From the NCBI GenBank assembly GCA_015520485.1, contig WAPX01000053.1, positions 27,336 to 91,335 on the forward strand: DNA of 64,000 nucleotides. Reading direction: 5' to 3'. This document shows, piece by piece, positions 47,907-56,922 of this stretch. How positions within the stretch are numbered: the stretch's first letter is position 1; every line of letters begins with the position of its first letter. This DNA is from Archaeoglobaceae archaeon. GTDB lineage: Archaea > Halobacteriota > Archaeoglobi > Archaeoglobales > Archaeoglobaceae. Position numbers and translations under genes: made by a program. Under the pieces are notes generated by a model that saw only the letters and a program-made list of their open reading frames with translations, had not been told where the DNA came from and did not search any database.

Positions 47907-49844
47907 ATGATAAACTATTTATCTCTTTTCATTAATTCGCCCGATATGGCTGCACTCTCAAACTCAGGTAAGAAAGGTGCAGTATTGATTTTCACGATTA
48001 TATTTGTTCTCATACTTTCATCACAACCCTGTCTCGGTTTCTCACCGGCCGATTTTCATGCTGCAATAGTTACTGAAGTTTACAGCTACGGGCATTACAT
48101 TCCACGATACTGCAACGTATTCAAGCCCGGAGACACGATGAAACTGTACTTGGCGGTTGATAACGTGAACGTAAACAGGGCTGCTGCCGTTGACTTCGTC
48201 ATAATCATAAAAGACCCAAATGGTTACGTTGTTTACGGTAATGTGGAAAGCGTAACTACTTTAAGTTATAAAGACAAAATATACAGAGTTATAGACATCA
48301 GCATCCCAGACGACTGGATATGCGGGAAATACACTGTTGACGCTTACGCATTCGACATCCTCAACACTCTCCCAACCCAGGTAAGTTACAACAACCTGTA
48401 CAACAAAATCCTGTACTCCGGCAATGCTTCTCCTTCCATATCCACGATTTCAAGAAAAAATGCTCCTTACGCCAAAAAAGAACTGACGTTCTACGTGAGC
48501 GAAACTCTGCCGGAAAAGTTCTACATCTTCAACCCGAAGTTAGAGGCAAAAACTCTGCCAGTCGGCGTTTCCAACACGCTTGAAGTTTCCGTTCTCAACC
48601 CTGCAGATGTAAACGCCAGAACAACAGTTAGGGTTCTGGTCGACGGCAGGGTTGTGGATTCAAAGGAAGTTACAATTCCGCCGAGAGATGCAAGGAATGT
48701 AGCCCTAACGATCCCACCTCTCAAAGGTGGAACGCACTTTATAAGGGTTGAAGCTGAACACGCAGGCTACATGCTAACCCTGCCCATCGTTATTTCGCCT
48801 TTGATTTACGATAAAAGTATTGTTACCGGACAGGTTCTCAATGGAACAGTCATATATTCTCCAAACAACTACATCCTTGGTAGCTGCGGAATAAGCTCGG
48901 AAAACAACATAAGTCTCAGCAGGGCTCTCAGCAACCTGAACGTATCCAGCATAAACAGAGACGATGCCGTAATCATGATTACGAACATGCTTGCATACGT
49001 TTACAGAACCAACCACTACAGCGGTGTCGTTAACGTAGCTTTGCTCAGAGGGAGCGATAAAAGAGCTGAAATAATACTCCCGCAGTTACTGGACATAGTA
49101 AAAAGGGAAAGTCACGCTCCACTAAATTACGTTGGAGTTAGAGATGCGTTACACCTGAAAGATGTTAAAGTACTGTTCTACGTTGGAAGTCATCCTGATT
49201 TTAAAGTTACTTTTTTAAAGTACTTCTTCAGGAATAACGGTACACTTATATGCGATAACCCGAACTACTGGAGTTCGTACAAAGACGAGCTCGCAAACAT
49301 GCTTCTAACAATCGGCGGGTGGAGAATAGGCTCGAATTCCGGTATATACAATTCCTACTACAACCTGAGGATCGACAAAGGTTTTGTCGTGAAGATTTCC
49401 ACAGTAACGCAGATGCCAACAAAGTTTGAGTTCCTTTCGCTCAGAGTTGAAGGTCCACCCGGCACAGGCATGCCTCCTCTCGTTAACGTCAGCACTCCCG
49501 TGAACGTAACGCTTAAGATCAGAAACGTTGGAAGGAGCGGTGGGGAGGAGATTAAGGTTAACATAAACGGAAAGACTGTGTTCGACAAAAAGGTATTTCT
49601 CGAAACGGGACAGTACAAGACCATAACATTCCAGTACATTCCTCAGAAACCGGGCAGCTACAGAGTTACCGTTCCGGGAACGAGTTTAATGCAGATCTTT
49701 TTCGTCAAGTCACCAAGCGGTCAGGTTGCAGCACCAACTCCGGTCAAAAAACCCCCATCGCACAGAGCGGGAGCGGCAGTGGTCGCAATTTCAGCAGCAG
49801 TACTGGCAGTGCTCGTCATAGCAAGGATACTTCTTAGAGATTAA
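47907..49844 (+). CDS. large secreted, C-terminally anchored protein with CARDB-like domains
   Basis: N-terminal hydrophobic signal (KKGAVLIFTIIFVLILSSQPCLG). CARDB-like modules (LEVSVLNPADVNARTTVRVLVDG..., VNVTLKIRNVGRSGGEEIKVNINGK...). C-terminal TM helix. Confidence 0.5.
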   Translation: MINYLSLFINSPDMAALSNSGKKGAVLIFTIIFVLILSSQPCLGFSPADFHAAIVTEVYSYGHYIPRYCNVFKPGDTMKLYLAVDNVNVNRAAAVDFVIIIKDPNGYVVYGNVESVTTLSYKDKIYRVIDISIPDDWICGKYTVDAYAFDILNTLPTQVSYNNLYNKILYSGNASPSISTISRKNAPYAKKELTFYVSETLPEKFYIFNPKLEAKTLPVGVSNTLEVSVLNPADVNARTTVRVLVDGRVVDSKEVTIPPRDARNVALTIPPLKGGTHFIRVEAEHAGYMLTLPIVISPLIYDKSIVTGQVLNGTVIYSPNNYILGSCGISSENNISLSRALSNLNVSSINRDDAVIMITNMLAYVYRTNHYSGVVNVALLRGSDKRAEIILPQLLDIVKRESHAPLNYVGVRDALHLKDVKVLFYVGSHPDFKVTFLKYFFRNNGTLICDNPNYWSSYKDELANMLLTIGGWRIGSNSGIYNSYYNLRIDKGFVVKISTVTQMPTKFEFLSLRVEGPPGTGMPPLVNVSTPVNVTLKIRNVGRSGGEEIKVNINGKTVFDKKVFLETGQYKTITFQYIPQKPGSYRVTVPGTSLMQIFFVKSPSGQVAAPTPVKKPPSHRAGAAVVAISAAVLAVLVIARILLRD

Positions 49845-49848
49845 CGGG

Positions 49849-50226
49849 ATGATCAGGAAATCGATTGGTGGTATAATGGATGTTGAAAGTTTACCCGAAC
49901 TGTCAGATCTGGAAGAATGCGTGCTTGAAAGAATACTCATGGGAGAGAAAAAGAGTAGTAAAATTACTTCAGGATGCGGAATAACGGAAATAGTTCTAAA
50001 TGTCATCATCGAGAGACTCGTGGAAAAGGGCTACATAGACTGGGAGCTGAATCCAACTGACCTCGCTTACAAAAAGCTTTTCTGGGTTGGAGGAACTTAT
50101 CCGGTGGAATACTACATGGACACGAAGAAGTACCTGAAAATGGTTCTGGAGCTTGCAATAGCAGTGGCGTTCTTCATGTTTATATCGTTCCTTGCAATAT
50201 ACGTAAAAATGCTTTCATGGGGTTAG
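49849..50226 (+). CDS. membrane-anchored winged-helix protein (paralogue of 46631-47038)
   Basis: CVLERILMGEKKSSKITSGCGITEIVLNVIIERLVEKGYIDWELN plus a C-terminal TM helix. Shares the ERL-x-EKGYID-x-ELN block with the other copy. Confidence 0.6.
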   Translation: MIRKSIGGIMDVESLPELSDLEECVLERILMGEKKSSKITSGCGITEIVLNVIIERLVEKGYIDWELNPTDLAYKKLFWVGGTYPVEYYMDTKKYLKMVLELAIAVAFFMFISFLAIYVKMLSWG

Positions 50227-50230
50227 TCGC

Positions 50231-50968
50231 ATGGAGTTCGAACTTGAAATGTTGGCATCGGAAGCTTTTGGACTTACGCTGCTGGCAGGAATGTCCCTAA
50301 TTTTAACACTTTACAAGATGGGATGCAGAATCCCTCTTTTTGAAAGGGTGAGGCTGTTCAGTTTTGGTAAGAAGAGAAAGGACTTCGTTAACTTTTCAAT
50401 TCAGGTTTTAAAGCACGAAAATCCACCGTACGGCAGAATTGCCACAACTCTTACCATTTTCTGCATTCTGCTCTATCTAACTCTATCGCACAAGTTGTTC
50501 TTTGCTGTGGTGGTTTCGGACAGCATGTACCCGACTTTCCAGAGAGGGGATATGTATCTCGCTCAGGCGATATACGTCAATCCAAAACCGGGAGACATAA
50601 TAATGTTCAGGAGACCTGACGTTGGTTTGCCCGTTTCTCACAGAGTGCTGAAGATAGTCGGAAATAAAATATACACTGGAGGAGACGCTTCTGGTCCGGA
50701 TCTGATACCCATAACAAGAAAGGACGTTATAGCTCAGGCAGTAATGGTAAGTGGCAGGCCAATAGTGATTCCCGGAATAGGTAAGTACTTCATACTGAAC
50801 GCCAAGCAGATGAGAAGCATTGGACCCTACGGAGAGGAGTACCTATTTTACCAGCAGCTCATTAAAACCTTCAAGAGCTACGCCATAGCCATAATCGTAA
50901 TCTGCCTAAGTGCCTACGTATATCTGGAGCTGGAGAGCTACAGCTACCGGAAAATGGTGAAAAAGTAA
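50231..50968 (+). CDS. Sec11/SipW-type (archaeal/ER-type) signal peptidase I with extra N-terminal TM region
   Basis: Catalytic Ser box VVVSDSMYPTF, His box PVSHRVLKI and a GD box YTGGDASGPD. TM helices at both ends. Confidence 0.75.
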   Translation: MEFELEMLASEAFGLTLLAGMSLILTLYKMGCRIPLFERVRLFSFGKKRKDFVNFSIQVLKHENPPYGRIATTLTIFCILLYLTLSHKLFFAVVVSDSMYPTFQRGDMYLAQAIYVNPKPGDIIMFRRPDVGLPVSHRVLKIVGNKIYTGGDASGPDLIPITRKDVIAQAVMVSGRPIVIPGIGKYFILNAKQMRSIGPYGEEYLFYQQLIKTFKSYAIAIIVICLSAYVYLELESYSYRKMVKK

Positions 50969-50975
50969 CTCGTTT

Positions 50976-51854
50976 TTAGCTCCTGAGCCACCTGGTAACC
51001 TCACTTATAAACGATCTGGTCTTTCTGAACAGGAAATTTGGCTTGGACTTTGAAACGTATATTTCGTCTCCTTCATTTCTGGACAATACTGTACCCCCAG
51101 AACCTTCACTTCCTTTCTTCTCACTCTTTTCGCTTCCTGCCAGCTCCTGAGCGTACAGGTAGTACAGGTATGCGTAGAGAAGGGACGTTGCAAAAATTAC
51201 GCCCATTAGAGGTGCAACGCCGAAAAGCGTCTGAATAACTATGGACATTGCCGGAACTATTAAAACTGGAATACCCATGACAAGCCAAGCCTCAAACCTG
51301 CTGAACAGTCCGAATTCCTTGGTTATGTATGCCCACCATATTATGTAGAGTACAGGAAACAGGTAGGGAGAATACCCCATGTAGTAGTTCAGCATGAACA
51401 GGTAGGCACCTATGTAAATTAAGCTTACAACGATAGATTTCATGTAAAACGAAATCCTTCCGAGAGGTATGCTCTCCACTTCTGTTTTTTCAAGTCTCTC
51501 TACCTTAGTTGCAAGTTTTTCGAGTTCAGCCTTAACTTCGCTGAGCTCAACCGTACTGTATGCAATTTCCTCAAGAACTGGTCTTAGCCTTGCAAAGACG
51601 AGCTCGTCAAAAACCTCGTCTGTCATTGCAGAAAGCTTTAAAAGCTGCTTGTAGAGCTTCAGACCTCCACCTGTGAGCACTATCCCAAAAGTAAAGAAAA
51701 CGACATCTGTCATCAGGTATTCGAATCCTCTTCCAGATGAAAAATCGTTGTAGAGCGAGACTATTGAAGCGACCAGAACACCCAGTCCAATGACAACGGA
51801 AACTGCAATTACTGTTTTTTCCACGTACTTCATTGCACTGCGTTTCAATCTCAT
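50976..51854 (-). CDS. polytopic membrane protein with central coiled coil
   Basis: 292 aa. Two N-terminal TM helices, a coiled-coil segment (ELSEVKAELEKLATKVERLEK), about four further TM helices and a Ser/Gly/Lys-rich tail. Confidence 0.45.
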   Translation of the reverse strand: MRLKRSAMKYVEKTVIAVSVVIGLGVLVASIVSLYNDFSSGRGFEYLMTDVVFFTFGIVLTGGGLKLYKQLLKLSAMTDEVFDELVFARLRPVLEEIAYSTVELSEVKAELEKLATKVERLEKTEVESIPLGRISFYMKSIVVSLIYIGAYLFMLNYYMGYSPYLFPVLYIIWWAYITKEFGLFSRFEAWLVMGIPVLIVPAMSIVIQTLFGVAPLMGVIFATSLLYAYLYYLYAQELAGSEKSEKKGSEGSGGTVLSRNEGDEIYVSKSKPNFLFRKTRSFISEVTRWLRS

Positions 51855-51878
51855 AATTTATAAGCATTTTCTAAATGT

Positions 51879-51896
51879 GCTCGAAAAAATTCGAGC
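51879..51896. promoter_or_regulatory. perfect 18-bp palindrome in divergent intergenic region
   Basis: GCTCGAAAAAATTCGAGC (7-bp arms, 4-nt centre). It lies between the divergently oriented genes 50976-51854 (-) and 51981-52892 (+). Confidence 0.4.
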
Positions 51897-51980
51897 TTCA
51901 GAAAATGGAGTTAAAGCATTTCTGGAAAACATTCAATCTGTGCTGAGCGAAACCGATTTATAGGCTGCAATCGCATTATA

Positions 51981-52892
51981 ATGATAGTGAAGATGAGAAA
52001 AAAAAGTAGCGGTCAGCTCAGCCTAGATGTGCTTGTCGGTCTTACAATATTCATGATTACGTTTATATTTATACTTCAATACTTACCTTCAGTTTTCGTT
52101 GTTCAGAGAAGTGACATATCTCTTAGTTCTGAAGCTTACAGAGTGGCAGCACTGCTTGCTGAAAGTCCCGGGTACTGGACTAACGGAACACATAACGGTA
52201 CTGACTGGGAAAACCACTGGAAGAACAGTGATGTGACCGTGAGAGCCGGTTTGTGCGGTAATAATCCCGGGGAGCTGCTAATATCCAAAATACTGAACTT
52301 TTCCGAGATGTACGAACAGAAGGGATACGACAGCATAGCGGAGATGTTTGGAATCGAGAACTACAACATATCACTGCAGTACCCGTACAGCAACTCATCC
52401 AACCCTGTTTATTCGTACTACAACGGAAAGCCCCTTCTTTCAATAGGAAAACCTGTACCCAGATATGGAGATGTTGTGAGGTATGAGAGAATTGTTTACT
52501 TTGATAATGCCTCTTTCTTTTACGACATTACGACTTCAAAACCGGGAGTAAATAAAACGAAAATTCTGAACGTTACAGCACCCATAGGTGTATTCACGTT
52601 TGTTGTTACAAAAACCGGAATCTGGGGTAACGGAACTGGAGGTAGCTGGATAATCGTAAAAATTAGTAGGGGTAATGGATGGGGCGGGCAAAAAATACTC
52701 AGAATTCCCGCAAATGGGGGTTACCTTGCTCCGGGAGTTTACAACTTGGCAGATCAGATATCTGAGAAAATTCCCGGGGTTGTTAATCTGACTGTCATCT
52801 CTCACAATCTGGCAGGCTATCTGATTTATTCGAGTGCCGGACAGTACATTGCCGGCAGGGTTGTAGCCAAGCTCGTCGTCTGTGTCTGGTGA
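51981..52892 (+). CDS. type IV pilin-like protein (class III signal peptide)
   Basis: N-terminus MRKKSSG|QLSLDVLVGLTIFMITFIFIL. The remainder is sequon-rich and beta-rich. Confidence 0.65.
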   Translation: MIVKMRKKSSGQLSLDVLVGLTIFMITFIFILQYLPSVFVVQRSDISLSSEAYRVAALLAESPGYWTNGTHNGTDWENHWKNSDVTVRAGLCGNNPGELLISKILNFSEMYEQKGYDSIAEMFGIENYNISLQYPYSNSSNPVYSYYNGKPLLSIGKPVPRYGDVVRYERIVYFDNASFFYDITTSKPGVNKTKILNVTAPIGVFTFVVTKTGIWGNGTGGSWIIVKISRGNGWGGQKILRIPANGGYLAPGVYNLADQISEKIPGVVNLTVISHNLAGYLIYSSAGQYIAGRVVAKLVVCVW

Positions 52893-53457
52893 GTGCGGAG
52901 GTGGTTCTTTGAGAGTGTTTACTGACATTAAATTGATTAAATCGGACTGTAAGGCTCAGGCATTTACGTTGGAAAGCATAGCGGCAGCTCTGCTGTTACT
53001 AATAGTGGCTTACTTTCTCTTTCGCTCCACTCTCATAATAGCACCTCAATCCACGCAGGTTGTGGATGTTCAGCTCAGCCAGTACGCAAAAGACACGCTC
53101 AGAATACTGGACAACCCGTCCTCTCCCACAAACGATACGCTGGAATACGTGGTGGAGCACTTGAATTCAAGTGATTTTAAAGAGGTCGTTGCACCCCTCG
53201 TAAACGCCACAAGAGAGTGCTTACCGAAAGATGTTGGATTTAATTTTGCTGTTTACTACTACAACTACACTACGAAAAAAGTTGAGAGATTAAACCTCAC
53301 GGACTTCGAACCATTTTCAAGCACAGTCACAGCTTCGAGGTACATAGTTCTGAACAGCAAGGACTTCGTTAGCGGTTCTCCATTCGTCAGCACAGCTCCT
53401 GAAAGTGGCAACTATCCTGTCGTTGTGGAGGTGAGGTTAACGCTATGGCGGATCTGA
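52882..53457 (+). CDS. type IV pilin-like protein (class III signal peptide)
   Basis: SDCKA|QAFTLESIAAALLLLIVAYFLF. A TTG/GTG start about 5-10 nt after GGAGGTGG (about 52906-52914) is more likely than the track start. Confidence 0.6.
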   Translation: MSGECGGGSLRVFTDIKLIKSDCKAQAFTLESIAAALLLLIVAYFLFRSTLIIAPQSTQVVDVQLSQYAKDTLRILDNPSSPTNDTLEYVVEHLNSSDFKEVVAPLVNATRECLPKDVGFNFAVYYYNYTTKKVERLNLTDFEPFSSTVTASRYIVLNSKDFVSGSPFVSTAPESGNYPVVVEVRLTLWRI

Positions 53458-53855
53458 TGAAGGATAACAGGGGTCAGATAATTATAATACTGACGCTGTT
53501 CATATCAGTCCTGCTTGCAGAGCTATCTCTTGTTTACACTCAGAACATACTTGCGGGAATGGAGAGCAGTACAGCTCAGCTGATGTTTCCCAAGTACCCC
53601 ATAGAAAACCTCAGAAGAATAGCGCTGGTTGACCTGAAAAACTACGCCAAGTCAAATCCATCTGGATTTCTTGAATACGCACAGAAGATTGACCAGCAGG
53701 TTGAGAGGCTCTATGCTGAACACGGCTGTTATGCGAGCATAGATATACTCGATGTAAAATATACCAGCTCAAATCAAATCTCTTGCTATACTGTTAAAAT
53801 AATATTTTTCAATTCAGGTGTAGATTATGAAGATACGGAGACGGTTGCTGTGTGA
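53445..53855 (+). CDS. type IV pilin-like protein (class III signal peptide)
   Basis: MKDNRG|QIIIILTLFISVLLAELSLVY. 136 aa. Confidence 0.6.
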   Translation: MADLMKDNRGQIIIILTLFISVLLAELSLVYTQNILAGMESSTAQLMFPKYPIENLRRIALVDLKNYAKSNPSGFLEYAQKIDQQVERLYAEHGCYASIDILDVKYTSSNQISCYTVKIIFFNSGVDYEDTETVAV

Positions 53856-56208
53856 TAGAAAAGGAGTGTCTGTACTTGTGGAATACATCCTGATAATCGG
53901 AGTACTTGCCCTGCTCATGACGTTCATAGTTCCCCAGCTGAACACTCTGATGTCCAGAATGCCAACTGCAAACGCCATGAAAAATCAGTTTCAGGACGTT
54001 GCAAGTGAAATCTCAGCTCAGATAACGGATATGCTTCTTGTTTCACCAAAAAACGGGATTGTTAAAAGCAGGGTTTACATGCCCGCTTCGGTGGGCAGGG
54101 AAACTTATGACGTTAAACTGGAGAACGGTAAGCTCGTGGTTAAATCAAATCTGTGGACACAGAAAGTTGATCTGGGTAAATCAACTTTGGGCTTCTTAAC
54201 CAAGGGGAGGACTTTCAGCAGCGAGTTAACTCACGAGATAGTTCTTAATTCGTCAATTCATATACTGCCCACTGCAGTGGCAATAGTTTACCCGACTGAG
54301 GCTGCTGTCGGAGAGAACGTAACTCTTGACATGACGCATTCGTACGGGGAAGGAACACTGTACTACAGATGGATAATAAGCAGCAGTAGCGGTACTATTA
54401 CCGTTTTACCACAAAACTCTTGGAAAGAATACAATCCAGTAAACCCCGAAACCGGGATAACGAGCTGGAAATTTAACGCTCCGGGTAACTACACGGTAAA
54501 GCTGGAAGTTAAAGATAGCCTTGGTTACGTAAGCTCGGATAGCGTTGAAGTTAACGTTACCTCAAATCCACAACCGAAACTCTACGTGAACAAGTACATC
54601 GTTCCTTCAACAATCACACCCGGGCAGAGCTCAACTATTAACATCTTTCTCTTTGGTAACGGAATAAACCAGACTTCACTCAACATCACGGTCATTCACA
54701 CAATAGATGCGTCTGGAAGCATGAACGAGGTCACACCGCTTTCAAGTACAACTGGAAATGTTACCTCTTCTCCGACAATTGTAAAAATAAACATAAACAA
54801 CAGCAATTACGACTACCTGATTTTTGTTACAACTAACGATTTCGACAGCTTTTACTGGGACTACGGTATAAGACCAGTATCCCTGTACGTTAAATCTCCA
54901 GATCAAAACTACTTCGTACAGGCCTCAGACGTCTGGTCAAATGGGAGTCAGGATGGTTACGGTTACTTAATCACCAATCCAAACACAGGCACGTGGTATT
55001 TAGCAATAAACGACCTGAACCCAAAGTCCGATGAAACCGTCAGTATTCAGGTTTACTCGGGACGTTACTTTATCAGGTGGTTTGAAATTTACGGCACGGT
55101 TTACAGCACTTCTGTTGTTGCACACAAAACTTATAGCAGTTATGGAATAAACGTTCCGGAAGAAGCAACGGAATTCGATGTACAGCTGATACCTGTTCAA
55201 ACTCCAGCAAGTCTCTATTTGTGGTTGAAAGATAACTCCACGGGCACATATTACATTAACTCCTCAAACTACTGGATAAACATAACCAGTCCATCAGCCG
55301 GCTATACGGCGTATGTTGTTCCAAGTATGCCTCCAGACACAACTACGGGATACTACCTCAATACGTACATACCAAAGATAGATGCTGCAAAAATTGCTGC
55401 CAAGACGTTTAACGGGATGCTGAGAAAGTACGACTACGTTGGTGTTGTAAAGTTCAACGACTATTACGCCACCTACGTTGTGAACCCGCCAACCAACGAT
55501 ACCGATTCGGTGAACAATTCCATAGATTTGATAACTGCTGATGGTTACACTCCAATGGCTTCAGGGTTGAGTTACGCAATAAACGAGCTCGACAGCTTTA
55601 ACAATAGCAAAAACAGCCCTGCAGTTGACGTTATAATTCTTCTCTCCGATGGAAACCCCAACATAGATCTGGCTGGTCACTACAACGTCAGACAGGCGAT
55701 TTCAGATACCATTAAGGAAGCAGAAATAGCGAAAAGCAAGGGCTACATAATCTACACGATAGGTTACGGAACTGATGCAAACGTAACTCTTCTACAACAA
55801 ATAGCGGAAATCACCGGGGGTAAGTTCTACTTTGCCGCCAGCGCTCAGGAACTGAAGAACATATACCAGTCCATAGCAAAAGATGTCTTCACAAAAGTAG
55901 CCGAAAACGTTACCGTTACGGATGTGATACCCTCCGGTGTTGAAGTACTTTCAACGACTGGAAACGTGACGAAAACTGCAAAGGGGACTGTTGTTTCTTG
56001 GACGCTTCCAGTTGTGAGAATTAACCAGAGCTGGACGGGAAGCATAACGATTACCACGACCAGAACTGGAGTTGTTCTGACAGATGTCGTTAACGTTTCA
56101 AACGTAACGTACTTTGACGTTGTGAACTCCAAACAGGTTACAGTTCCTTTGCCCGTTAAGGAGCTAAACGTTACCGTAACGAAGTCGGCGAGTTTTGAAC
56201 TTAAATGA
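53827..56208 (+). CDS. large pilin-like adhesin: class III signal + PKD-like domain + vWA domain (split by an insertion) + C-terminal beta-sandwich
   Basis: CDRKG|VSVLVEYILIIGVLALL. PKD-like WKFNAPGNYTVKLEVKDSLGYVSSDSVEVNV. vWA MIDAS residues DASGS (aa 294-298), GYT (T575) and LLSDG (D608). Confidence 0.75.
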   Translation: MKIRRRLLCDRKGVSVLVEYILIIGVLALLMTFIVPQLNTLMSRMPTANAMKNQFQDVASEISAQITDMLLVSPKNGIVKSRVYMPASVGRETYDVKLENGKLVVKSNLWTQKVDLGKSTLGFLTKGRTFSSELTHEIVLNSSIHILPTAVAIVYPTEAAVGENVTLDMTHSYGEGTLYYRWIISSSSGTITVLPQNSWKEYNPVNPETGITSWKFNAPGNYTVKLEVKDSLGYVSSDSVEVNVTSNPQPKLYVNKYIVPSTITPGQSSTINIFLFGNGINQTSLNITVIHTIDASGSMNEVTPLSSTTGNVTSSPTIVKININNSNYDYLIFVTTNDFDSFYWDYGIRPVSLYVKSPDQNYFVQASDVWSNGSQDGYGYLITNPNTGTWYLAINDLNPKSDETVSIQVYSGRYFIRWFEIYGTVYSTSVVAHKTYSSYGINVPEEATEFDVQLIPVQTPASLYLWLKDNSTGTYYINSSNYWINITSPSAGYTAYVVPSMPPDTTTGYYLNTYIPKIDAAKIAAKTFNGMLRKYDYVGVVKFNDYYATYVVNPPTNDTDSVNNSIDLITADGYTPMASGLSYAINELDSFNNSKNSPAVDVIILLSDGNPNIDLAGHYNVRQAISDTIKEAEIAKSKGYIIYTIGYGTDANVTLLQQIAEITGGKFYFAASAQELKNIYQSIAKDVFTKVAENVTVTDVIPSGVEVLSTTGNVTKTAKGTVVSWTLPVVRINQSWTGSITITTTRTGVVLTDVVNVSNVTYFDVVNSKQVTVPLPVKELNVTVTKSASFELK

Positions 56209-56920
56209 GGTGAGATGGGTGGGCTCCAGAGCAGTTTCAGAAGTCTTCGGAAACCTTTTGATTTTGATCATAATAGCTATAACCATCTCCGTCATGCTCT
56301 CCTACGGATATCCAGTAATAATGTCCGGGCAGGAAAAGGTAAAGATGAGAAACGTCATTTCGTCGATGGTGTTTGCGAAAGAGAAAATAGAAGTCGTTTC
56401 TTCAGACGTTGAACCTTGCACGACCCTGAAGTTTCCACCATCGGGCGGAGCTTTAAGCGTCTCGAAGAGCTGCACACTGTACGTTTACGTAAACGGTAAA
56501 GAATTGAGTTACGTTCCAGAAAAACCGGGAGAGCTGCTTTACACTTCAGGAAATAGGAAGGTAGCAGTGGAGCTGGGAGGGGTCTGGGAAAGCGAGGGCG
56601 GCAGGAGCTGGATGGTCTATCCCCCCCTCATAGAGGTTGCAGGGGGGAACATTGTCGTTACCATACCTGCTATCTCAGGTATAGGTTCTGCAGGAGGTTA
56701 CGGGATTGCGAACGTTCTTCTGAGTTATAACTCGACCGAAATACACGACTACGCAGATTCGTACTTAAAACTTGTAATACAGACTGAATTTCCACAGGCG
56801 TGGGAAAACTACCTGAAAGATAGTGGCTTTGCTGTAACTGCGAGTGGAGATACCGTTACTGCCACTGCAAGCGGAAACGTTACGCTGGTCGTGCACTGGA
56901 TAAACGTTTCAATTTACTGA
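56195..56920 (+). CDS. type IV pilin-like protein (archaeal pilin N-terminal, DUF1628-type)
   Basis: GSRA|VSEVFGNLLILIIIAITISVML. Confidence 0.65.
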   Translation: MNLNEVRWVGSRAVSEVFGNLLILIIIAITISVMLSYGYPVIMSGQEKVKMRNVISSMVFAKEKIEVVSSDVEPCTTLKFPPSGGALSVSKSCTLYVYVNGKELSYVPEKPGELLYTSGNRKVAVELGGVWESEGGRSWMVYPPLIEVAGGNIVVTIPAISGIGSAGGYGIANVLLSYNSTEIHDYADSYLKLVIQTEFPQAWENYLKDSGFAVTASGDTVTATASGNVTLVVHWINVSIY

Positions 56921-56922
56921 GA

